From an uncultured Candidatus Peregrinibacteria bacterium (lineage in GTDB: Bacteria > Patescibacteriota > Gracilibacteria > UBA1369), in assembly GCA_937858825.1 (NCBI GenBank), contig CALMAI010000004.1, forward strand, positions 3,833-67,832: a stretch of DNA of 64,000 nt, written 5' to 3'. Made by a program: the position numbers and the translations under genes. The first letter of the stretch is position 1; every line of letters starts with the position of its first letter. Of the stretch, positions 28,585 through 35,982 are shown piece after piece. The notes below the pieces were generated by a model. It searched no databases, was not told the origin of the DNA, and saw nothing but the letters and a program-made list of their open reading frames with translations.

Positions 28585-29329
28585 TTTAAAGAAGTCCGTT
28601 TTGGACACCATTAAAAAAGAGGATGTGAAACCGAAACCGAAATGGTGGTTTGTGGTTATGCATTCAATTGTGTGGGTGGGCGCTGGTATTTCTGTGATTG
28701 TTGGAAGTATTGCGACGGCAGTGGTTTTTCATGAAATTTTTGAAACGGACTGGATGGTGGTTGAGCGGCTTGAGCATGATGGGATTCCGGGATTTTTATT
28801 GGTGTTGCCGTATTTGTGGTTTGGCGCTTTGGGAATCACACTTTTGGCCGCGTACTATTTGTATCGGCATACGGAAAATGGATATAAGAAAGGGCCGGTT
28901 GGGATTTTGATTGGAACAGTGGTGATTTCGGTGATTTTGGGATCGGTTCTCTATGAACGTCAGGTGCCGGAGCGGGTGAAGGATGTGATGGTGGAGCATC
29001 TACCGCCTTTTGCGGAGTTTGAAATGCATAGGCAGGAGGTGTTTATGGCTCCGGAGCGGGGAGTGTTGGTTGGTGTTATTACTGATGTTCAGGGTGATAA
29101 GCTTATGGTGTTGAACGATATTAGAGAAAGGGAGTGGTCGGTTGATATTGCTGGAGCGCGATATGGTGATGATTTGATTGAAGTGGATAAAGAAGTGGTG
29201 TGCCTTGGTGAAAAGAAAGGGGATTTTGGGTTTGTTGCGGTTGAAGTACGGCCGTTGCGAGAGCGCTTTTTGAAGCGCTTAATTGAGTTTCGGAAAAAAG
29301 TTGAAAGAAATGTGAAGCCACCGATGTAG
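28577..29329 (+). CDS. Polytopic membrane protein, putative cognate anti-sigma factor
   Basis: Overlaps the sigma gene stop by 8 nt. Short N-terminal cytoplasmic segment, 3-4 TM helices and a soluble C-terminal domain. The function is inferred from position only. Confidence 0.4.
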   Translation: MSDLKKSVLDTIKKEDVKPKPKWWFVVMHSIVWVGAGISVIVGSIATAVVFHEIFETDWMVVERLEHDGIPGFLLVLPYLWFGALGITLLAAYYLYRHTENGYKKGPVGILIGTVVISVILGSVLYERQVPERVKDVMVEHLPPFAEFEMHRQEVFMAPERGVLVGVITDVQGDKLMVLNDIREREWSVDIAGARYGDDLIEVDKEVVCLGEKKGDFGFVAVEVRPLRERFLKRLIEFRKKVERNVKPPM

Positions 29330-29383
29330 TAATGGGTGATGGCGCGCTCGAGCTCCCTCACTAATTATTAAAAAAACATTACT

Positions 29384-30046
29384 ATGACATCTGTTAAGAA
29401 TTTAGCCATTGGGCTTACAACGGTTGCCACTCTGGGGATGCTCACGGTGGCGGCAGCAGCGGAACCGATTGGTCCGCGGGGGGATTTTGATCCATCCAAT
29501 GCTCAAAATCGTCCAGAGATGCACGAAATGATGCAAGAGCATCATGAGGAAAGACTGGCTGAACTGGAAGAAAAGAATCCAGAATTAGCTGCAGAAATCC
29601 GGACACGCATGGAAGAGGTACAGGCTCAAATGGAGGAGCTTAAAGCCGCAAAAGAGGCAGGAAATGATGAATTGGTCACCCAGATTAAAGAGGAGATGAA
29701 GGCTGACATGGAGGCTCATCACGCAGATCGACAAGAGCATCGTGAGGCCGTGAAGGATGCCGTTGAAAGTGGTGACTATGAAGCTTTCATCGAGGCTCTT
29801 GGGGAACATGTTCCTGAAGACATGACTGAAGAGAAGTTTGGTCAGATCCAGGAAATCCATAAACTTCTTGAAGATGGTGATAAGGAAGGAGCAAAGGCTT
29901 TGGCTGAAGAGTACGGTCTTGAAGGTCGGTTTGGTGGACATGGCCCTGGGCGTGGACCACATATGGGAAAGCGAGGAATGAAGATGGGTGAAGGGTTTGG
30001 TGGGCCAGCATTTGCTGGACAGGAGGACGCGGCGCAAGACGCCTAA
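29384..30046 (+). CDS. Secreted helical Glu/His/Met-rich protein (Spy/CpxP/ZraP-like?)
   Basis: Signal peptide (TVATLGMLTVAAAAEP). 'PEMHEMMQEHHEERLAELEEKNPELAAEIRTRMEE', 'MEAHHADRQEHRE', and a Gly-rich tail. Assigning it to the Spy/CpxP family is speculative. Confidence 0.6.
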   Translation: MTSVKNLAIGLTTVATLGMLTVAAAAEPIGPRGDFDPSNAQNRPEMHEMMQEHHEERLAELEEKNPELAAEIRTRMEEVQAQMEELKAAKEAGNDELVTQIKEEMKADMEAHHADRQEHREAVKDAVESGDYEAFIEALGEHVPEDMTEEKFGQIQEIHKLLEDGDKEGAKALAEEYGLEGRFGGHGPGRGPHMGKRGMKMGEGFGGPAFAGQEDAAQDA

Positions 30047-30070
30047 ACAATGCGGAAGGTTAAGGGGTGT

Positions 30071-30111
30071 CCCCTCCGTGGCTAGCAGGTGGCCTGCGGA
30101 GGGGATTTTTT
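30071..30111 (+). terminator. Rho-independent terminator
   Basis: Stem CCCCTCCG (30071-78) / CGGAGGGG (30097-104) followed by TTTTTT. Confidence 0.8.
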
Positions 30112-30120
30112 ATGCAAGGA

Positions 30121-31194
30121 TTATTGGACGCGCGTGACGATTTTGATGTCGTCCATATCCAGGTAGAGGGTGCCGGTGAAGGGGAGTCGATTACTCGTTG
30201 ATGTGTAGATGAGTCGGGTTTGAGCTTTGACGATTGGTGTTGATTCGCTGAGATGGTGCATGGCTTCGATGACGCTTGGGTCGTTGCCTCCAACGCGCAT
30301 AGTTGGGTCGGTGATGCCGTGGATTTGGTTGCCCTCACTGTCCAGCCCGGAAATCATGTCGAAGGATATGCGGCTGACATGAGGTGTGAGAGTGCTGTAG
30401 GCATCGTAGGTGTGGCCAATGCGCAGGGTCAATTCCTGTTGATTTGGTGTGAGTATGTTTTGTGGCAGGAAGTCGTTGGTAACCAAAAGATCTCCTCCTC
30501 CATAGACATTTTTTGTTCCACCTCTTGGGCCAGGGATTGATGTTTCCACCTGGTTTCCAATGAATTGATAGGTGGACCCATTAACCTTTACTTTGCCGCC
30601 GGTTGTCGTGGAAACATCGTTCAGGTTTTGCTCCAGAACAATGCCGTTTTCGAATGGGAATGGATGAAATATCCGATCCAAAATCGTTCGCAAATGATAC
30701 TCACTTTCAATGACAAACTGGCGGTCGCAGTCGGAAGCCGAAGGGTCTTTGAGGCGGATTTTGTTTTTATCCGGCAGCTCTTTTTTAAGTTTGAGGTAGG
30801 CTTTTATGGCATCCTCTTTGGAGTAGGCGGTGTAGCCAGGGAGAACGACTTCGCGAACGGCGCGGGCGAATTCCTCAGAGTAATGAGCAGGAATGTTGTC
30901 TGCTTCCGGGACAATCTGATGGAGCTGGCCTTTGTCGGCATGTTGAAGGTGATCCACCATGGCACCATAAAAGTCGGCAGAAGAGTCCATGCCGTGTTGT
31001 TCTCCCTGTTCTTTCGTGATTGGAGTGGGGAGAAGATAATATGGGTCCAGGTGAGAGATGGGATTGTCGTGTGAGAATCCCTGGGACTCCGCCAATGATG
31101 CGGCCAGGCGGCTGTTGCGCTGAAGGATGTGCTTGGCGTGTGATGGCGGGAGGTTTACTCCTTCGTAGAATGGGATAATGTTTCGTGGTTTCAT
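30121..31194 (-). CDS. Uncharacterised protein, DUF3182-like / possible ATP-grasp fold
   Basis: Start moved to MKPRNIIPFYEG (ATG 31194), which overlaps the upstream stop as ATGA. 'IRLKDPSASDCDRQFVIES', 'GIVLEQNLNDV' and 'ITDPTMRVGGNDPS' loosely resemble ATP-grasp strands. This is a low-confidence family call. Confidence 0.35.
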   Translation of the reverse strand: MKPRNIIPFYEGVNLPPSHAKHILQRNSRLAASLAESQGFSHDNPISHLDPYYLLPTPITKEQGEQHGMDSSADFYGAMVDHLQHADKGQLHQIVPEADNIPAHYSEEFARAVREVVLPGYTAYSKEDAIKAYLKLKKELPDKNKIRLKDPSASDCDRQFVIESEYHLRTILDRIFHPFPFENGIVLEQNLNDVSTTTGGKVKVNGSTYQFIGNQVETSIPGPRGGTKNVYGGGDLLVTNDFLPQNILTPNQQELTLRIGHTYDAYSTLTPHVSRISFDMISGLDSEGNQIHGITDPTMRVGGNDPSVIEAMHHLSESTPIVKAQTRLIYTSTSNRLPFTGTLYLDMDDIKIVTRVQ

Positions 31195-32048
31195 AGTTGT
31201 TTGATGGTAAAGAAAAGTTCTTCGTTCGGGTATTGAATGGTTGTGGTTTTGGGTGGGAGCAGGACCTGGCAACTGAACGGAATGGTGACCGGTTTTGATC
31301 CTTTTTTGGTGAGGATGTGTTCGCCTTTTTTTAGCTTTTCGAATGGTTTGAGAAGGCGGGTGAGTTTATATCCGTGTTGTGGTGCCATGATGCTCCCAAT
31401 GAGTTGATACAGTGCAGGCCGAGGCCATGTTGTAGAGAGTTTTTCCTTTTTGATTATTCCAATTTCTGTGAGGAAATTCAGGGCTGCTTTCTGGGCGGTT
31501 TTTCTGGACTCTTTTGTGCCATGAATGCCGCATTCAACGCCGATGCGAATGGCTTTTGATGATCCGCAAAAAGAGATGAAGGCTTTGTCTTTCTGGATTT
31601 TGGCCATGTTGGAAATAATGTTTGGAATTCCCAGTTTTTTGGCGATGGTCGGGATGGTTTTTGTAAGGATGACAACAAAAGGTTCCGGCATGGCGCTGGT
31701 GGTATGGATGTCCAGTACGTAATCCAGATTTTTTAGGATAGGATAAAGTTGTTGAAGGCGTTTGACTTCATACTGTTTTGGCGATTTCTGGGAGAGTGCG
31801 TTTGAAGGCAGGCGATTCATGTTGAGGTCGCAGAATCTTTTTTTGAGTCGGGTTGCCTTGATGTTGTTGTGGATGAGGATGAGTGTTCCGTGCGCAGGTT
31901 TTATGGTTTTGAGTTGTCGAAGAATGCTTAGTCCTGTTGGTTCGTTGCCGTGGGTGCAGGCAATGATTCCGACTTTTGGGCCGGCTTTTGATCCTTTTAT
32001 AATTGTAATTCCCGGGATGTTCATGATTGTTCTTCTGTACTGATACAT
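31191..32048 (-). CDS. Succinylglutamate desuccinylase/aspartoacylase (AstE/AspA, M14-like) family deacylase
   Basis: 'VGIIACTHGNEPTGL' (Zn-binding H..E) and 'LDIHTTS' are the family hallmarks. The true start may be ATG 32024 (MNIPG...). Confidence 0.8.
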   Translation of the reverse strand: MYQYRRTIMNIPGITIIKGSKAGPKVGIIACTHGNEPTGLSILRQLKTIKPAHGTLILIHNNIKATRLKKRFCDLNMNRLPSNALSQKSPKQYEVKRLQQLYPILKNLDYVLDIHTTSAMPEPFVVILTKTIPTIAKKLGIPNIISNMAKIQKDKAFISFCGSSKAIRIGVECGIHGTKESRKTAQKAALNFLTEIGIIKKEKLSTTWPRPALYQLIGSIMAPQHGYKLTRLLKPFEKLKKGEHILTKKGSKPVTIPFSCQVLLPPKTTTIQYPNEELFFTIKQL

Positions 32049-32113
32049 CAGTACAGATGTTGAAGGGTTAAGTCAATGTTTTTTTCTTTATTTAAACAGG
32101 GTATTATTGGGAC

Positions 32114-32389
32114 ATGAGGAAAATCGATCAATACAAAAAGGAGATTTGGAAGCTTGTGGTAGCTGTTGAAAATGAGAAAGAGGCGAAGATGCTTTTGGAA
32201 GATTTGTTGACTCCGGCCGAACGGGACGCGATCGCGGAACGGTGGCAGGTGGTGAAGCTTTTGGCTGCGGGGAAGACCCAGCGTGAGGTCGCGAAAGAGC
32301 TTGGCGTGAGTATTCAAAAGGTGAGTCATGGAGCTGCGTGGCTGCGTGATTCAAAGGGATTTAAGTACTTTTTAAAGAAACTTTCATGA
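32114..32389 (+). CDS. TrpR-like YerC/YecD family DNA-binding protein
   Basis: 91 aa. 'LLEDLLTPAERDAIAERWQVVKLLAAGKTQREVAKELGVSIQKVSHG' matches the YerC/YecD pattern. Confidence 0.8.
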   Translation: MRKIDQYKKEIWKLVVAVENEKEAKMLLEDLLTPAERDAIAERWQVVKLLAAGKTQREVAKELGVSIQKVSHGAAWLRDSKGFKYFLKKLS

Positions 32390-33012
32390 ACGGACCGGAA
32401 AATCCTATGAACATGTTAGAAGAACTTTCTTATAAAGGAGTTATTTCCTGGGATGAAGTTTTTGATGTCTGGAGAAAAAATGAGGCGAGTCAGCCGGGCT
32501 GGGTGGAGGTGGCGACCAAGGTGAAGGGCTGGCCGGACTGGGAGTCATGGCGGCGTTATATGGCAGCGGAAGTTGGGGCTGAGGAAAGGGAATGGAAACT
32601 CTATGAATTTACAGATCCTATGATCCAGATTCCGGAGATGTTGGTGGGGCCGTTTCAATCATGGCAGAATCAGTTGCCGGAAGAGAAGAGGTTGCAGACA
32701 ACATTTTCTGATTTCATAGCAGAGCGATTGGATTGGGCGAGAGGGCATGGGCGAATTCAGGATATGATTCAACACTTTCCTTCTGCGACACAGTTTACGG
32801 GACTGTATCTGGAGGATCAGGATCGTTTACTCTGTTTTGAAGGTTCTCATCGTGCGGCGTCGGTGGCGTTGGCTGCGCGGGATGGGATGGCAATCGACTT
32901 TGGGGAACAGGTGCCGCTGATTGCAGTGACTTCAATTTCAGGCGATTCTTATAAACTCCTTTTAAAAGCACTGGAGACCGGTTCTGATAATCCGGAGAGG
33001 AAACAGGAGTGA
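32386..33012 (+). CDS. Hypothetical Trp-rich protein
   Basis: 208 aa. The start overlaps the yerC-like stop (ATGA). No motif recognised. Confidence 0.6.
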   Translation: MNGPENPMNMLEELSYKGVISWDEVFDVWRKNEASQPGWVEVATKVKGWPDWESWRRYMAAEVGAEEREWKLYEFTDPMIQIPEMLVGPFQSWQNQLPEEKRLQTTFSDFIAERLDWARGHGRIQDMIQHFPSATQFTGLYLEDQDRLLCFEGSHRAASVALAARDGMAIDFGEQVPLIAVTSISGDSYKLLLKALETGSDNPERKQE

Positions 33013-33046
33013 TAGAATAGATGTAATTCTTTAATTCAAAAAAATA

Positions 33047-33571
33047 ATGAAATCAAAAAACACTTCAATGATTGTGATAATCGGGATATTGCTTCTGGGA
33101 TTATTGGCTTTGGTGCTCTACTTTCAGGGTTCTTTTCAAAATTCCAACGGATCTGATGTAGCGGTTCAGAGTTTTGAAGACTGTGTGGCTGCGGGGAATC
33201 TTGTCATGGAAAGTTATCCCCGAAAGTGCCGGCATGGAGATGTCACATTTACCGAAGTCATTAATGATGTGGATGAAATTGTGGGTGTGCAATGTACTGA
33301 ATCTTCAGAATGTCCGCTGCCAATGATGTTCGCGATTCAGTCGAATTGTCCTTATCAATCTGCCTGTATTGATGGAGCTTGTGCTGTTGTTTGTCCTGTG
33401 TTGGAGCAGCCACCTGTTGTGGAAGAAAGCGTGAGTTACCAGGTTTCATGTTCGGACAGTAGTGAATGTGATTGTTCGGCCTGGGATACGGAAAATCAAT
33501 ATCCATGTGAATGTGTGGATGGGCAATGTTCGGCGGTTGTAGCTCAAAATGGAGCCACGACCGGGAATTGA
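33047..33571 (+). CDS. Membrane-anchored Cys-rich hypothetical protein
   Basis: N-terminal TM (MIVIIGILLLGLLALVLYF) and 16 Cys in the ectodomain. The last 22 nt overlap the antisense tRNA-Thr. Confidence 0.55.
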   Translation: MKSKNTSMIVIIGILLLGLLALVLYFQGSFQNSNGSDVAVQSFEDCVAAGNLVMESYPRKCRHGDVTFTEVINDVDEIVGVQCTESSECPLPMMFAIQSNCPYQSACIDGACAVVCPVLEQPPVVEESVSYQVSCSDSSECDCSAWDTENQYPCECVDGQCSAVVAQNGATTGN

Positions 33572-33625
33572 ACCCGGGACCTCACCCTTACCATGGGTGC
33601 GCTCTACCAACTGAGCTATCGCGGC
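33550..33625 (-). tRNA. tRNA-Thr (anticodon GGT), CCA encoded
   Basis: Reverse complement GCCGCGA-TA-GCTC-AGTTGGTA-GAGC-G-CACCC-ATGGTAA-GGGTG-AGGTC-CCGGG-TTCAATT-CCCGG-TCGTGGC-T-CCA. 76 nt. Confidence 0.9.
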
Positions 33626-33755
33626 CTGATTTGCCCGAGAATTTTAGCATGGAGTAGAGGAATTGCAACTTTTTAAGAAAACTTTATCTGGAGATAATGT
33701 GGAGTTGTTAGGTTGAGGGTGCTTTTGCGCAAAAGGCATTTCTTAACCAAACAAA

Positions 33756-35273
33756 ATGAATCAAAAAATAAAAGCGGGCTTTGTGCTCGGTGTGTGGACG
33801 ATGTCGATGTTGCAGGGGTTATTGCCAATGGGGCGATTAGCAGTGGCGGCGAGTCCCGGGGAGGTGGTTATCAATGAGGTTGCCTGGGCTGGTTCGGCTG
33901 ATTCGGCGAATGATGAATGGATTGAGCTTTTTAATCCGACGGGTTCGTCTGTGGATTTAACAGGTTGGACTATTGAGGATGATGCCGGGGCTTCTGTGTA
34001 TGCGTTGAGTGGGTCGATTGGAGCTGGCGGGTTTTATGTGATTGAGGATAGTGAGGCGGCGGTGCAGCCGAATGTTGCGGACTTAATTGTGAATCTTTCA
34101 CTGGCCAATAGTGGAGATTCGCTTGTGTTAAAGGATGATGTGGGAGGAGTGATTGATACGGTGAATGGCACCGGTGGGGCGTGGTTTGCCGGAAACAGTG
34201 GAACGTTTGCGAGTATGGAAAGGATTGATGCGCTGGCATCTGGGGATGATAGCGGGAACTGGGTAAGCAGCACTGGTGGTGGAGGTATGACGGCTTCGGC
34301 TGGATCAGTAATTCTTGGAACTCCGGGGCAGTTGAATAGTGTGAGCAATCCACCGACGGGTATGCCGGGAGTGAGTATGAATCTGTCGAATCCAACGCCT
34401 GTGGTTGGAGATGTTTTAACGGTTACTGTTGATGTAAGTGACGCTGAGGATCTCTTTAGCTATGGCTTTGAAGTTGGCTATGATCCTTCGGTTCTGTCTT
34501 TTGTGAGTGCCAATCCTGACTCTTTTTTAAGCGAGTCTGGAGCTGTGACAACTTCGTTTCAATCTGGACTGGAAAATGGCAGCCCGGGGACATTGCTTGT
34601 GGCAGAAGCGCGAACTATGGATCCGAAAGTTGGAGTGAGTGGCGACGGAACCCTTTTAACGATGACATTTGATGTTATTGGAGGAGCCGGTCAGTTTTCT
34701 GATATGGTTTTTGGATCTGCGAGTTTTCTTGCTGATTCAAATGGGCCTGTGGGAGCTGGGTTTGCTGATGTTCAACTTTCTATTCAGCAGACGACGGTTA
34801 ATCCGGTGCTGAACACTTTGGCAATAGAGGGTGCTTCGCGCTATACCATTCAGCTTTCATGGGATCCTGTGGCTGGAGCCGACAGCTATAATGTGTATCG
34901 TAAAGATGTGCATGGGAACTGGGTATTGATTGGAAATCCGACCTCGGCACTCTTTCTGGATGCTGATGGGGTGACGAATGGAGGGAATATTATTCCTTTT
35001 ATGACGTATGAATATCAGATTACAGCTCTTGAGGGTGTATATGAGAGTGATCCGGCTTTTGTGAATGGCGTGGAGACGCGCGGGTTGACTGGAGATAATG
35101 ATCGGAGTGATCGGGTTGATGGAGTGGATCTGGATCGGCTGGCACGGCATTTTGCTGAAACTGATGCAGATGTTGGGTTTGACTATCTGGTTGATACAAC
35201 GTACGACGGCATGATTGATGGGAGTGATCTTATTGATCTAGGAGCGAATTTTGCTCTGACTTATCAGCCGTAG
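33756..35273 (+). CDS. Secreted multidomain protein: lamin-tail domain (LTD) + cohesin-like + FN3 + dockerin-like
   Basis: LTD: 'VVINEVAWAGS...NDEWIELFNPTGSSVDLTGWTIED'. Cohesin-like: 'GDVLTVTVDVSDAEDLFSYGFEVGYDPSVLSFVSA'. FN3: 'YTIQLSWDPVAGADSYNVYRKD'. Dockerin-like duplicated loops: 'GDNDRSDRVDGVDLDRLARHF' and 'DTTYDGMIDGSDLIDLGANF'. Confidence 0.8.
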   Translation: MNQKIKAGFVLGVWTMSMLQGLLPMGRLAVAASPGEVVINEVAWAGSADSANDEWIELFNPTGSSVDLTGWTIEDDAGASVYALSGSIGAGGFYVIEDSEAAVQPNVADLIVNLSLANSGDSLVLKDDVGGVIDTVNGTGGAWFAGNSGTFASMERIDALASGDDSGNWVSSTGGGGMTASAGSVILGTPGQLNSVSNPPTGMPGVSMNLSNPTPVVGDVLTVTVDVSDAEDLFSYGFEVGYDPSVLSFVSANPDSFLSESGAVTTSFQSGLENGSPGTLLVAEARTMDPKVGVSGDGTLLTMTFDVIGGAGQFSDMVFGSASFLADSNGPVGAGFADVQLSIQQTTVNPVLNTLAIEGASRYTIQLSWDPVAGADSYNVYRKDVHGNWVLIGNPTSALFLDADGVTNGGNIIPFMTYEYQITALEGVYESDPAFVNGVETRGLTGDNDRSDRVDGVDLDRLARHFAETDADVGFDYLVDTTYDGMIDGSDLIDLGANFALTYQP

Positions 35274-35281
35274 TGAGAAAG

Positions 35282-35320
35282 GCCCGGCGCCCGAAGGGGC
35301 GCCGGGCGTATTACTTTTTA
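35282..35320 (+). terminator. Strong GC hairpin after the LTD gene (terminator-like)
   Basis: Perfect 11-bp stem GCCCGGCGCCC (35282-92) / GGGCGCCGGGC (35297-307) with a GAAG loop. The T-tract is displaced (GTATTACTTTTT). Confidence 0.6.
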
Positions 35321-35329
35321 TATGATGCT

Positions 35330-35950
35330 ATGACAAAAATTTGGACTGAAATGAATCAAAATGGCGACCTTTTGGAGGTTCAGGTGAATATTCAGGACGC
35401 ACCTGCTGATTTTTTGGGGACATCGTTCCATTTGAATTTTCATGAATCAAAAATATCACGTTGGGACTATAAGCTTGGACCGGTCTTTGGAGATGAAAAG
35501 CCGTTTGTTCTGGTCGCAGAAAAAGATAATGCACTTGTAACTGGAATGGCTTTTCAGAGCGGGAATCGCGATGCAATCCAGGACGGAAATTTGATCACAT
35601 TTTCTGTTCAGCTGGAAGGTGGTGAAGAGGCGACCTTATCATTTGACTATCCGGTTTTGAGTCGATATGAAAATGGGCGTAAAGATGTTGAAAATGTGGA
35701 ATGGGTTGGCGTGGCGATGGAGCTTGAGAAAATTGAAGGTGAAGAAGTTGTGAATGGAGAGCCTGATGAAGAGTTGATGGAAGAGGAGGGGAGGATTTTC
35801 CAGGGCAATACGTTAACGTATCCCCCTGATGGTTTTGAGTCTGCCACTGTTACGGATGTGTATCTTTTTATACTGGGTTTTGGGGCTTTTTTATGCGCTA
35901 TGGTTGGGTTGGGATATCTTTATTATCGATATCGGAAAACAGTGCTATGA
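35330..35950 (+). CDS. Cohesin-like beta-sandwich protein with a C-terminal TM anchor and no N-terminal signal peptide
   Basis: Start moved to ATG 35330 because the track start lies in the upstream hairpin. 'LLEVQVNIQDAPADFLGTSFHLNFHESKIS...LITFSVQLEGGEEATLSF' is cohesin-like. C-terminus: 'VYLFILGFGAFLCAMVGLGYLYYRYRK'. Confidence 0.6.
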   Translation: MTKIWTEMNQNGDLLEVQVNIQDAPADFLGTSFHLNFHESKISRWDYKLGPVFGDEKPFVLVAEKDNALVTGMAFQSGNRDAIQDGNLITFSVQLEGGEEATLSFDYPVLSRYENGRKDVENVEWVGVAMELEKIEGEEVVNGEPDEELMEEEGRIFQGNTLTYPPDGFESATVTDVYLFILGFGAFLCAMVGLGYLYYRYRKTVL

Positions 35951-35982
35951 TTGGGTCATTGATTTGTTAACTTTCTTTAATT

